A stretch of DNA of 61,775 bases, the filler included, from Collodictyon triciliatum (lineage: Eukaryota): NCBI GenBank assembly GCA_043381765.1. It is 13 parts of 13 records of this genome, joined end to end, with 100 filler letters (N's around TTAATTAATTAA, not from the genome) between each part and the next. Parts side by side here need not be neighbours in the genome. Positions count along the whole stretch, not along the records: positions 49,617 to 54,466 come from JBHJMP010005705.1; positions 54,567 to 59,415 come from JBHJMP010005706.1; positions 59,516 to 61,775 come from JBHJMP010005749.1; 10 more parts are not named here. One strand, 5' to 3'. Below, in pieces: positions 49,790 to 61,554 of the stretch (positions are counted from its first letter, which is position 1; each line of letters starts with the position of its first letter). A program made the translations under genes and the position numbers. A model generated the notes under the pieces. That model was not told the DNA's origin and ran no database searches. It saw nothing but the letters and a program-made list of their open reading frames with translations.

Positions 49790-52321
49790 ATGAGTTTCAC
49801 GAACCCTGCGGGCACAGGCTCTCAGACCGGACCGCATAGCGACTATGGCGTCGAACACAGCTTCTCGGTCAACGTCTCCGAACAAGATCGCGCGCCTTTG
49901 CTCCACTTTGGTGCCAACACTCGAGCACCTGCTGTAAAGGATGCCGGCCTCCCGGAGCGAAAGTACGGCGCCGGCGAAAATGAACAAGGTCGTGGGTCTT
50001 ACCGCCCTCCAGTCTTGGACTCCACTGGGCAGGAGGCGAGCGATGCCCGCGCGCAAACACAACCACATGGCGGGCGCCCAAAGAGCTTCCTAGACTCCTT
50101 GTCACCCTTCAAAGTGCGAGGCACGGTCGACGGGCAACGCGCGGCACGCTCCAGCCGCAGAGGAAAAGACCATGACGATCATGAGGATGTCGAGTTTTGG
50201 GACCGCATCAGAGGCCAAAAAGTGAAGAAAGACTGGCTGTTGGTGATAGCCAGCTTCATTTACAAAGAGCGCTGGACTGTTCTGATGTCGCTTCTGTCTC
50301 AGATCCTTGTGATTGTCCTTTTTCTGACGGCATGGAGCGATTTGAGCTGGGAGGCTGTCATCTCTATGGAGACAACCTGGTTGACAATGATTCTGCTGAT
50401 TCGTGGAGTTACAGAGCCTGAAGTGGCGCTCTTTGCAGGGTCCACATTACTCTTGCTCTTTGGGATCATTTCGGTGGACGACGCTTTCATAGGGTTTTCA
50501 AACACTTCCGTGGTGACCATTGGGCTGATGCTTATCATCGTCTCTGCGGTGGAAGATACTGGCGCCTTGACTTACATCGCCCGTGCCGTTCTTCATAAGC
50601 CGTCCAGTATTTGGGCCGCTCAACTAAGGATGATGGTTTTTGTAGCCACGGCATCTGCCTTCATGAACAATACGCCCCTTGTTGCAGTGATGATACCCGT
50701 GATTGAAAACTGGACTCGTCGTGCAAACTACCCCATATCATACTTTATGATTCCACTCAGCTACTCAGCCATCGTGGGTGGTCTCTGCACAATCATAGGA
50801 ACAAGTACGAATCTGATTGTCCGCGGCCTGGCACAGGACGATTACCCAGATTTGAGCATGCCTTTCTTTGAAGTAGGAATGGTCGGTGTCCCTATTTCTT
50901 TTACTTGCATCCTCTACTGCCTACTTCTATCCCAAAAGTTCCTCCCTGCGAGTACAAACTGCCCAACTGACGTCCAGCGAACTATGCGCGAGTATTCCAT
51001 CGCTCTGCGTGTTCAAGCGGATTGTCCTTTCCTGGGCTTCACCGTACGAGATGCTGGGCTGCGCAATATGGCTGGCCTCTATCTGGTTGAAATAACTCGC
51101 AGGTCTGGTGAGGTTATCCCTGCCCCAGACCCTGAGATAATCATCCAGCCCTTCGATAAGCTGACGTTTTCAGGATCTGTGGAGGGAATCAAAGACCTGT
51201 GGAAGACAAAAGGGCTAGTTCCGGTGGTTTATCATGCAAAGGACGAGTACTTCGAAACTACAGAGGTTAGCCACACCGCTGAGCCATCACTCCAGGTTGT
51301 CATCCATTCGCCTGACATAAAGCATGTGGTAATGAACGAAACCGTTGACTACCAGCCCAAATCGCAGCCTCATGCCCTCGAAAACCAAGCAGGCACTAAT
51401 GAACAAAGTCAAGGCCAAACCCCAAACCAGAATATCCCTCGAAGGAAGCGAGTTCCGCGCGTTCTTGTGGAGGTTGTCCTGGCCCTGAATGCACCCATCG
51501 TTGGTCGCACAGTCCGTGAATCAAGATTCCGCGCCGAGTACGGAGCTGCTATCCTTTCTATTCATAGGTACGGTAAACGTATCGAAGGACGAACCGGCCA
51601 GATTGTTTTAGAGGGTGGAGACACACTGCTTCTGGAGACGACGCAAAAGTTTATGGAGGTATATGGGCATCATAGCCACTTTGCTTTGGTATCCCCGGTC
51701 GAAGGAGCCGTAGTTGTGGATCCAAGCCGCAAGCATCTCTACATCTCCTCGTTCTTGTTGGTCGTGATGATTGGGTTGAATGTGGCAGAGGTTTATGACC
51801 TTGCTGTGTGTGCCCTTGCTTGTATCTGTGTGATGTATGCCTTGGGAATCTTAAAGATTCATCATATTCATCGCTCACTCCCAGCCGGTCTTTTGCTTAC
51901 CGTTTCTGGGGCGTTTGGGATTGCCGAAGCCTTGGAAATCACAGGGGTTGCTGAGAGGATGGGCAATAATCTTGTCGACGGGTTTTCGGGTGAAGGTGGC
52001 GGTGGAATCGGGGTGCTTTTCGCTATCTACATCGCAACTGTCATCCTCACCTCGGTCCTATCAAACTCGGCAGCTGTGACACTTATGTACCCGATTGCAG
52101 ACCAAGTGGCCATCACGGCTGGCTATGAAAAAAAGACTGCGTTTTACATCATCATGTTGGCCGGGTCTGCTGCCTTCTCTACTCCGATTGGTTACCAAAC
52201 AAATCTGATGGTGCTCGGCCCTGGTGGGTATTCCTTCGGTGACTTTGTCAAATTTGGAATGCCCTTGCAAGTCATCATCATGATGGTCACTGTCCCGCTC
52301 TGTGTCTGGTTCTTTGGATAG
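49790..52321 (+). CDS. SLC13/DASS-family Na+/anion (sulfate-type, SLT/SAC1-like) transporter with two TrkA_C domains, intronless
   Basis: 843-aa ORF with SAFMNNTPLVAVMIP, PLSYSAIVGGLCTIIGTSTNL, two TrkA_C-like segments and STPIGYQTNLMVLGPGGYSFGDFVKFG. Confidence 0.92.
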   Translation: MSFTNPAGTGSQTGPHSDYGVEHSFSVNVSEQDRAPLLHFGANTRAPAVKDAGLPERKYGAGENEQGRGSYRPPVLDSTGQEASDARAQTQPHGGRPKSFLDSLSPFKVRGTVDGQRAARSSRRGKDHDDHEDVEFWDRIRGQKVKKDWLLVIASFIYKERWTVLMSLLSQILVIVLFLTAWSDLSWEAVISMETTWLTMILLIRGVTEPEVALFAGSTLLLLFGIISVDDAFIGFSNTSVVTIGLMLIIVSAVEDTGALTYIARAVLHKPSSIWAAQLRMMVFVATASAFMNNTPLVAVMIPVIENWTRRANYPISYFMIPLSYSAIVGGLCTIIGTSTNLIVRGLAQDDYPDLSMPFFEVGMVGVPISFTCILYCLLLSQKFLPASTNCPTDVQRTMREYSIALRVQADCPFLGFTVRDAGLRNMAGLYLVEITRRSGEVIPAPDPEIIIQPFDKLTFSGSVEGIKDLWKTKGLVPVVYHAKDEYFETTEVSHTAEPSLQVVIHSPDIKHVVMNETVDYQPKSQPHALENQAGTNEQSQGQTPNQNIPRRKRVPRVLVEVVLALNAPIVGRTVRESRFRAEYGAAILSIHRYGKRIEGRTGQIVLEGGDTLLLETTQKFMEVYGHHSHFALVSPVEGAVVVDPSRKHLYISSFLLVVMIGLNVAEVYDLAVCALACICVMYALGILKIHHIHRSLPAGLLLTVSGAFGIAEALEITGVAERMGNNLVDGFSGEGGGGIGVLFAIYIATVILTSVLSNSAAVTLMYPIADQVAITAGYEKKTAFYIIMLAGSAAFSTPIGYQTNLMVLGPGGYSFGDFVKFGMPLQVIIMMVTVPLCVWFFG

Positions 52322-52922
52322 AGTAAACGATAAAACGAGGAGGCGCAGGTTTAAGTCATCCATTTGTTTGTTTCTCACAACTTTGTTGCTCCCACCCAAC
52401 CCTCCTATCTTCTAACTAAAGGGAAAAAAAAATATAGTGTCGTGCCTTTATCTACATATTATTTAGAGAAAGCTACGACCATGAGAACAATTCAACCAAT
52501 AAAGAAATCATCACTATATAAGAAATAATGTCTTATTTATCGCACCAACAATGCATATTGGAATCGACATAGGGGCCAATAATTTTATTTCATTTAAATA
52601 TGTGCATTGCGGGGCTGCTATATATGATGTCGTTTGTATAGGGAATCCAGTGCGAGCGTAAATCGTGTAAAACTCTCTATTTTGTCTTCGTCGCCTCCTT
52701 CCTTTGCCTCATTTCCCTATCCAAATAAAACTCATTCTCTTTGTATCTTTGGCTTACATGCTACAGTATTTATTATTTATGAAAGCTGCGTTACTCCATG
52801 TTATTGTTATCCTTCACAAAGCAGCTACTTCATCCACAATTAGTATCATCGCCCAATTACTTCCTCATCTAAGTCATCACACCCTGCGCACCACACAATC
52901 ACAGTCTTGCGAGTCATGCTTC

Positions 52923-52980
52923 ATCATTGTCGCACGCACTTTGAATCGACTAAAGGAAAAAAAAATCATTGTCGCACGCA
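52923..52980 (+). mobile_element. Family A micro-insertion with perfect 16-bp TSD
   Basis: ATCATTGTCGCACGCA [CTTTGAATCGACTAAAGGAAAAAAAA] ATCATTGTCGCACGCA. Confidence 0.92.
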
Positions 52981-53043
52981 GAATCGCACATAACCACACA
53001 ATCTTACCCACATAATCGCACATGTAATCCCAACTCCAGAGAT

Positions 53044-54130
53044 ATGCGCTCATCTGTGTCGTTGCGAAGCGTGCAAAGCGCCGACTTAACTGAAAAAGCA
53101 CCCTGGTAAGTTCCTTTCCAGCCTCTGTCTCTTTTATATGGCCTGTGGTGTTAATATTGTAGGACTCTTTTGTTGCACATTCTTTTTCTTCTCTCTTTCT
53201 TTTGTTCGATTCAAAGAAGACTCTTTTGTTACCTTATGAAACTAACGAACACGGCGATAGGTATCATGACCCAGATGCCTTACGAATCACGTCGATGATG
53301 TTTTTTACCGGCGGCTTTTTTTTTGTGGAACTCATCTACGGTGCGACAACAGGGTCTCTGGCTCTGATCAGCGATGCGTTCCACATGCTAAGCGATTTTT
53401 TTGCTCTGATGTTAGGATTCATGGCCCGTCGGGTACTTGAACATGTCATCTTGTAGCTTCGTTTATTATTCTTATTATTATTCTTATTCTTATTATTCTT
53501 ATTATTATTCTTATTATTATTCTTATTATTATTCTTATTATTATTCTTATTATTCTTATTATTATTCTTATTATTATTCTTATTATTATTCTTATTATTA
53601 TTCTTATTCTTATTCTTATTATTATTCTTATTATTATTCTTATTATTATTCTTATTCTTATTCTTATTATTCTTATTGTTGTTCTTATTGTTGTTCTTAT
53701 TGTTGTTCTTATTGTTGTTCTTATTGTTGTTGTTGCTATTGTTGTTATTATTATCGGCTTTACTTATCATCGCTTTACTTATTTATCGTTTTTTGTTTTT
53801 TGTTCTTTGTTTTTTGTTCTTTGTTTTTTGTTTTTTGTTTTTTGTTTTTTGTTTTTTGTTTTTTGTTTTTTGTTTATGTTTTGATATTTTTCTGCGATGA
53901 ATCAAATAGTGTCTTACCCAACAGCAATAGAGGAATGCCCTTATTTGTTGTCGATGTTGATATTGCCTGTGAATTACCGCCATAGGCTTCCAAGGAGAAG
54001 ACAAATGCCCAATACACATTTGGCCTTGCTCGGGCAGAGATTGTCGGTGGTCTCATGAATGGCGTTTTCTTGCTTGCAGTATGCTTCTTCATCGGCTTCG
54101 AAAGCATTCAGCGATTCGTGGATCCTCCTG
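53044..54130 (+). CDS. CDF zinc transporter (SLC30A1/ZRC1-like), 5' part
   Basis: Exons 53044-53105, 53275-53432 and 53986-54130: FFFVELIYG..GSLALISDAFHMLSD, YTFGLARAEIVGGLMNGVFL..ESIQRF. Truncated by contig end. Confidence 0.9.
53163..53230 (-). mobile_element. Older family A micro-insertion in the first CDF-gene intron
   Basis: GACTCTTTTGTT repeated at 53163 and 53219 around a decayed poly(T) plus TTGTTCGATTCAAAG. Confidence 0.55.
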
Positions 54131-54964
54131 GTTTGTGGCATAATACTCTCAGCACTATTTTAAAATAATGATTCGTTCATGAATCATATTTGCTCGTGCT
54201 GTTGTTTTCAATGTAGCACATCGAGGCCGTCCATTATATACCTAAAAACAAAATTAAGGAATGATAGTATTCCCTCTTTCCTTGGTCAGATTTCTTTTGT
54301 GCTGCCATTTTTATATGGTGTTTGTGTTCTGGTTTTCTAGTGTGTTGATATGTCTTATCCTCTTGGTCTTTTATTTTATTTTATTTTATTTTATTTTATT
54401 TTATTTTATTTTATTTTATTTTATTTTATTTTATTTTATTTTATTTTATTTTATTTTATTTTATTTNNNNNNNNNNNNNNNNNNNNNNNNNNNNNNNNNN
54501 NNNNNNNNNNTTAATTAATTAANNNNNNNNNNNNNNNNNNNNNNNNNNNNNNNNNNNNNNNNNNNNATTTTATTGAATTTTATTGAATTTTATTGAATTT
54601 TATTGAATTTTATTGAATTTTATTGAATTTTATTGAATTTTATTGAATTTTATTGAATTTTATTGAAGTTAATCTCAGGCATCAATTTGAAATGTGTGTG
54701 ACATAACAAAGCTACTGGACTATAATCCGAAAACAAAATTGTGAGACGGACTCGTATAATTATGACTGTTTTATCTTTTAGTATTCTTAATAGAGGAGCC
54801 TAAAAACACAAAGACTGATTAGAAGGGGAGGACCTTCCGACAAACAATACAAAAAAAAAAATGCTACAAGGCACCAACCTAGAAAATGACTTTGAGGATG
54901 AAGAAAAAAGGGCACAAAGATTGAGAATAGGCCTCAAGAAGTTGAATGACATGGTCCTCATGTT

Positions 54965-57900
54965 CATACCTGGCGCAAAAGAGCTTTATCTCCGGTCCCT
55001 CGAGGCTTTGATAAATCGCACCTTCTTCGTAAAGGTATTTGGGCAACAAAAGCGCGAAAATCTTCGTCGAGAAATGGGTGACGGCATTCCCTGCCAAGGT
55101 CGCTGATTACTCGGTCGTCTCTTCCTGCAAACCACGATATCAAGAGATGCACTTTTCTGGGGCAAAGCTAAAAGTTTCTTCACTTCTGTCTACCACATTG
55201 CGTATATCATAATTTCTTCCATTTTTTTCTCTCTCTCGTATTGATAAAAATGCTTCTGCTTCAAACCTAGGTTTCGTCTCCATAGTCGACTCATCTCCAG
55301 CTTTAATTCAGACTCCAGCCTATCCATTCCACCCCGACGGAATGAAGTCTTAAGAGGGCGTTCCCATCGCCCATTTAGTTGGTGTGAAAAAGGTAGAAAA
55401 GAATAAAAAGGGGGCTGTTCAATAATTTTGGAGTAATTTTGCTCAATGAAAGTAACAGGATTCCTCTTTTCTCAATTTTCAGTGCAAGATATGTTTTGTT
55501 TTGTTTATATGCAAGGAGTATATACGATGAGCTTCATGAGAGGGAAAAAAATCCAGAACAGTAAACGCTTTGAATATGAAAATACCTGATGCCGGCCGTA
55601 TCCTGCTAGCTGCTCATCTGCTCCTATTCCCATTAATAGGACTCTAGCGCTGCTCAAAACGAGCTCGTTTGTGTCGTCCAATATCCCTGCAAATAAGAAA
55701 AAAGGAATGAAATAAAATGTCACAAAAGAAAAAAAAAGGAAAAACAACCTCACTTTGGCTTTTTGTTCATTTATAAGTGTCAGAACATCTAAATATTTGG
55801 CTTCCCATTCTTATCACAATCATAGTATGGCGTTCCTGTTAACTTCTGGCCAAATAATGCGTGTGTTTGTGATTAAAAGGAAAAAAACCTATTCCTCTGG
55901 ATGCAAACCAAAAGGATGCAGATATGTTGCTATCCATTACCGTACATGATGGATACGCTAAGGAGTTCACATGGGAGAATTTCTGCGGAGGAGTAAAGAC
56001 AAAATGAAATAAAAAAATCAGGAGATTCACAACATAAATGATGATTTTATTATCTAATGCGGGCAAAGAAATATCTCTGGGAAGGAAGTTACATGGAATG
56101 AATTTGTGGGTACGGATAAGACAGATTAAATTCAATATTCGTAGGTATGTTTGCGCAGAGCAGAAAGAAATTACAACTTTCTCTCGCTACATCAAGTTCA
56201 TACCTTTGCAATATCATCCACAGGGATGTTGATTTTAATGAAATTCCATCTTCTATTTGAAAGCTCCCTTTGATATTTAGAAAGAAGTAGAAGGGAAAAT
56301 CAGACAGATAAAAGTGTAAACAAAGAACCATGATAAAAGAATTTTATTGATTAGCCAGCCAAATAAAAAGAATCAATAATGATAAATATAATGTCTGCGT
56401 ATCGCAAATGTATATATATATATATTTAAAATACATAATATATATATATGCGTGGGATTGTAGGAGGACCTTAGTTCTTGGACAGCAACTAGACCTGTGA
56501 TTCTGTCGGGTGCTTGTTCGGGTGTGAATCCAAACGAAACATTTAGTAAGTCGATCGGTTCTTCTGCGGGAAGGTGTTTATCGGCCAAGGCAGCTGCAAT
56601 TTTTGAATGTATGAAATAAAAATAATCAATTTGGAATCGAGCGGCTCCAAAGGGCTCTGTTGTTTTATTTTGTCCGAAAAGTAAAAAGAAACAAGAGAAT
56701 GGGTTTTTCCCAAGAATGTCTAGATTTTGATGAGGTCATCAATCAGTTTATTTTGTTTTTAAGCATGTGAATTAAGCAAACTTCCTATTAAATCATATAC
56801 TAATATTATCTGCCTTTTTTTTCCGTAATTTGAAGCAAAAGACGTATACCAAGAACTGATGAGTCTAGTCCGCCAGAGAACAGAATTCCAAGTTTTGCCT
56901 TTGTTTCTCTTGGATTTTGTGAGTAATTCTCTTCTACCATTTCTTTTGGTAACTGAGGAAAATTGTATGTGTTTTCATAAATGTGCTGCACTCTTCGCTG
57001 TACTGATTTGCTAAGTATGTTGGTAAAGATTTCTTCTAGTTCAGAGTCTAGTACAGGCACCATAGGAGGTGTAATGCGCTCTTCTAATTGGCATTGTTGT
57101 ATCTGCGAATATATATGTGAGTGTGTTTGTCTCATGTGAAACTGATACTTCTACATAACGTGATACCCATGTCAGTGAAGATACGCTTGTAATTGATGAG
57201 GTTTTGTAGCCTCAAAAAAAAACTTGAAAAAGTATTAATTTACGGGAACATATGAAAAGGAGAAAAAATCAGCTTTTTTTTAAAAATAAAAATGCATACA
57301 TAATGTCGAGTGACACACGATTAGTATGGACTCATCTTCATTTGGTTCTTGAACTTTGTACAAGTATTTTCGAAAGAGAAAAGGAGGAAGTATTTACCTG
57401 GCCTATGTATCCGTCAATAGATAATTCAATACAGTACAGCCCTGGTGGAATGTCCTCCCAGTCGTTGCGTCCTAATTTATCTCCTAGTTGCAAGTATTGT
57501 AAAAGAAAAGAATAGTAATTTTGATTTCTCTTTTCTTTTTTTTTTTTATGAATGGATATTTCGAGTTTGTTAGAGGCGCAAAATATCTTTCATAGAAAGA
57601 TTTTTAAGAAAGAGAAAAGAAACACCGCATTCAAGAATCTACAATATACAATATAATAGTAAAAGTCTTGGGAAAAAGTCGTTTTATGACTTAAAAACAA
57701 AGAATTTATATTCTTACCCTCGAATACTGCTACATATCTATTTTCTTCTCCGTCCAGCTCATCGTCTTCATTACAGTCCGTTTTTTGAAACTCGTCAGAA
57801 TCTCTCCTTTTTAAGTTCAATTCTCCAAAGGCCACGGATGAAAGCATAACCTTATTTTCTAGCTGTCTAATCAGTAAACTTCTTCTACCCAGACTATCTC

Positions 57901-59188
57901 TTCCAAACCAAAGTGTTTTCTTTCTCTCCTGCATGCACGTTATCAATATCAAAAAAAAAAAAAAGTATGTAACCGCATATTCTTATGTTTGGTTATGAGC
58001 TGAAAAGGATCTTTATTCCTGATTTCATCTGTCTCTATATCGAATATGTATGCACAATTTCAGTAGAAATGGGGAATGAAACAAAATTGTATACAAAAAC
58101 CGATAAACAAATATCATCATTAGTTGCAGAATAAAATGGATACAATTATAGAATGAAAAAAGAGACAAACATCCCAAAATATAATTGACCACGGCCCATG
58201 AATTTTGCTTAACACCGCTATTGGCGTTTCGCATTCAGACAATGTGCTCATCAATATAGATGTATCATTTTGGTCATGTCGCACCTTTTCATTTCCTCAT
58301 TAGAAGGAAATGGTAGCATTTGCACACGCGTAAAATCATGAGAATATAAATAATTAAGGGAAATCAAGAGTATGCATGCTAAATTAAAATCTTTGCGAAT
58401 TTCTCTTCAAGAAATCACTCCAATTGAAACCACATAATGTTTGGTTTTTTGGTTAATGCATTCTCAAAAAAAAATCAAAGGATTGGGTTTATGTAGAATG
58501 TATATTTTATTGTCGTTATTTTTTCATTTCATCGTATTTTCATTAAAACAGCACACGTCTCATCTTCTTTTGAGTATTAGGAAATGAAACTACCTCCAAT
58601 GAGCCTCCAAATATCTCGCCATTCCACAGGAGTATTCTGCCATCTGCACTCAATGGCTGTGGACTGGGGCGCCCTCTCAGAAAAAGAGTTGCACCGATGA
58701 AATTAAACGCTTTGTTTCCATCTGGGTGGTATGGAATAGACAAACCGTGAACATTTGTTTGATTCTAACCGTGGGGTAATTGCATAAATAATTCCTCACT
58801 ATGATATTGCATATGAACGTGGTTTAAAATATATATCTTGACTTGCATTGATGGTCGATGACGTTGAGCGAATCAGGTCCTCTTCGGCTAAGTCTGTTGC
58901 AACAATCACAAACCAATCTCTCCGTTTCGTTCCGTGCCACCTATGTTGTTTGCTTTTGTTTTTGTTTGCTTTTTTTTTTCACCCCACTGAAAATAAAGAG
59001 AGAGCACAAAAGAATCTGTTTTAGAGGTAGAAACCTCAAACAAAAGATGTTCAAACCCTTAATGAATTGGATGATAATTTTTTTTATATGGATTGGATGA
59101 TAATAATATATAAACCGGCCATGAAAGGTGAAACCTGTGCTGACTCTTTCGGCGTTGCAAGCCCGAGCACAAGCCCAATTCCACACAT
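54965..59188 (-). CDS. ASNSD1: Asparagine synthetase domain-containing protein 1, multi-exon, 3' end unresolved
   Basis: MCGI start, RRGPD, LLWNGEIF, LWFGRDSLGRRSLL, ILFSGGLDS, IDLLNVSF..APDRITG, LMGIGADEQLAGYGRH, LWRRNLG|RDDRVISD..PFLDE..GDK. Confidence 0.93.
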
Positions 59189-59622
59189 CAATGCTTGAAC
59201 TGCAGTCTCGAGCAAGTCAGTCTTTCAAAGGTATATCATAAAATCACTGGACTAGTAAAGGTTTTTATCTTTTGCTTTTCTTTGGTTTTTTTGGTTTTTT
59301 TGGTTTTTTTGGTTTTTTTGGTTTTTTTTTTGGTTTTTTGGTTTTTTGGTTTTTTTTGGTTTTTTTGGTTTTTTTGGTTTTTTTTGTTTTTTTTGTTTTT
59401 TTTGTTTTTTTTTTTNNNNNNNNNNNNNNNNNNNNNNNNNNNNNNNNNNNNNNNNNNNNTTAATTAATTAANNNNNNNNNNNNNNNNNNNNNNNNNNNNN
59501 NNNNNNNNNNNNNNNAAAAAAAGGTGCAATTTTTGGGAAAAAATGGACTTTTTGGGGTTTTTTCCCCTTATTTTTGGGTAAACATACGGTAGGGGGGGGG
59601 GGGGGGGGGGGGGGGGGGGAGA

Positions 59623-60893
59623 TTAGGTGCGCTTGGCCTTCTCGATAAGATCTAGCGCAGCCTTCAGGTGTATATCCTTGAACTCTGGCACAAGTTCTTG
59701 CAAATCATCTCGATCTAGGAGAACAAACTCAGTACCAGTGAGTGGGGTTTCTCGGCAAACCTGAATCAGCAGTGGACTGGCAGCCTCGCTTTCAAGGTAG
59801 GCCTTAAGCTCCTCGGCGCCCATTTCCTTGACAGAGCCCAACCTCGGAGTGGCCGGGACAGCAGTGGGATTGGGGATGATGCCCTTGAGCTCGGCCTCGA
59901 CCTGGGTTGGTGGAGGGAGCGTCTGTGAGGTAAGTCTATTCACTTGATGATTCTGCTTTTCTGTTTCAGCTGCGGTATGGAGGGTTTCTTAGTTGTGTCC
60001 TGCGTTGTGTATGTGGGGTTGGGGGTGGATGTGTGCTTACGGGGTCGTAGAGCTGCAGAGCGCGGACGTGCTCATTTTCACTGTGAGAAGTATTCCAGCA
60101 GGGGAGGTTTGAGATGCCACGCGGGGCTCTCTTTAAGTTTACTTTTCCATTCCCGTCTGCCATGTCAAGTTTCTGTAGATTTGTGAGCGCTGTGATCTGT
60201 GCTGGAAGCTCCTCCATCTAAGTGTATCGTTATCAGTCACTTTCTTTTAAACATAAATAGTAATGTAATATATGAATAAAATCATACCGGATTGTTGTAA
60301 ACATAAAAGAGACTGAGACCAGTCAAACACGATATTTGCAAAGGTAGGGATGACAGTTGATTGCTACTAACACTAAGAACACTGAGACCAGTCAAACACG
60401 ATATTTGTGCAGGCAGCGATGACAGCTGATTGACAGAAACATAAAAAGCATTGAGACCGGTCAAACACGATATTTGTGCAGGCAGTGATGACAGCTTATT
60501 GTCACCAACATGAAGTTCTATAAGCCCAGTCAAACACGATATTTCTGCAGGTAGTGACGACAGCTGATTGCCACTAACATGAAGCTCTATAAGCCCAGTC
60601 AAACACGATATTTGTGCAGGCAGCATTGACAGCTTATTGTCACAAACACCAAGCAATGTGAGACCAGTCAAACACGATATCTGCGCAGGCAATGAGGACA
60701 GCTTATTGTCACCAAGACCCAATTCTTCCAGGCCAGTCAACAAAAAAACACCAGGCGGCACAGATGACAGATTCCCGCTACTGAAATTCAGACATGTGCA
60801 GCTTTTAAGGGTGGCAACATCATCGTAGCCAGAGATTTTCCGGACTTCTTCCAGAAGCGCATCCACTTGGGCAGGTGTGAGGTGATCGGACAT
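59623..60893 (-). CDS. LRR protein with near-identical 23-aa repeats and a probable C-terminal SAM-like domain
   Basis: Exon 60893-60288 (7 repeats of LSSLPAQISCLTGL..L.V..N), intron, cap exon 60217-~60041, then a frame 59943-59623 (AEELKAYL..LTGTEFVLLDRDDLQEL..HLKAALDLIEK). The last splice acceptor is ambiguous. Confidence 0.78.
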
Positions 60894-61554
60894 CGCGGCA
60901 GTTCCTGGTATATAGGTGGACTGGCTGTGTGTCTAGACAAAACACATCATTTGTTTATTTTACAAGTCCACTTGACAGTCGCAGGGCAGAGTCATTCGGG
61001 TGAGACCGGTGGGTCGTGCACACAGAGATCAAAGAAGACTTAGCGAGACAAATGTGGTACAGAAAAGAAAGATCATTGATTTCGACAAGACGCAGCTTAA
61101 ATATCCCGCAAAGGCCGCGAATTTTTCAGAGAGGACGACTTGTGCACAACTTGTGGGCTTGTGCTTCCTTGGAAATTCACCGGTTCAGGAGTTGACCACA
61201 GACAATCTTGACATCTCGCATCGAAAGTCTTGGGAATAGCCGGGATGCTGGCCGTGTGTCGCCGGGAATCACCTAAAGACCTGGGAATGCCAAGGGTCTG
61301 GGAATACTGGGTGCTCCATGAGTCGCGTGGTGCGGAGCAGTTGCCGCGTGTTGGTGGCTTCCTGAATCGCCTGCACAGATGCGTCTCTTTGTGCTGGATG
61401 CGTCGCTGCGGTTGGAGAATGGCCGAAACTCTGCAACCAGAAAATATAGAATGCACATTGCAAAATGGATTGTCGGGGCTATGTTATGTTCTTTGATATT
61501 GAAAAACTTGAAAAATGCACAAGTTTTTCGAATTGTTGTGCTGGTATATGAACA

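Noticed and set aside
53181-53216. Antisense family A insertion acting as the splice acceptor of the CDF gene
   Set aside because: Its AGs give out-of-frame products from the phase-1 donor at 53106. The in-frame acceptor is CCCAG at 53274, downstream of an ACTAAC branch point.
60288-60760. Repeat-spacer pattern as a CRISPR-like array
   Set aside because: The 69-nt period is in frame and encodes LRRs; the context is eukaryotic with no cas genes.
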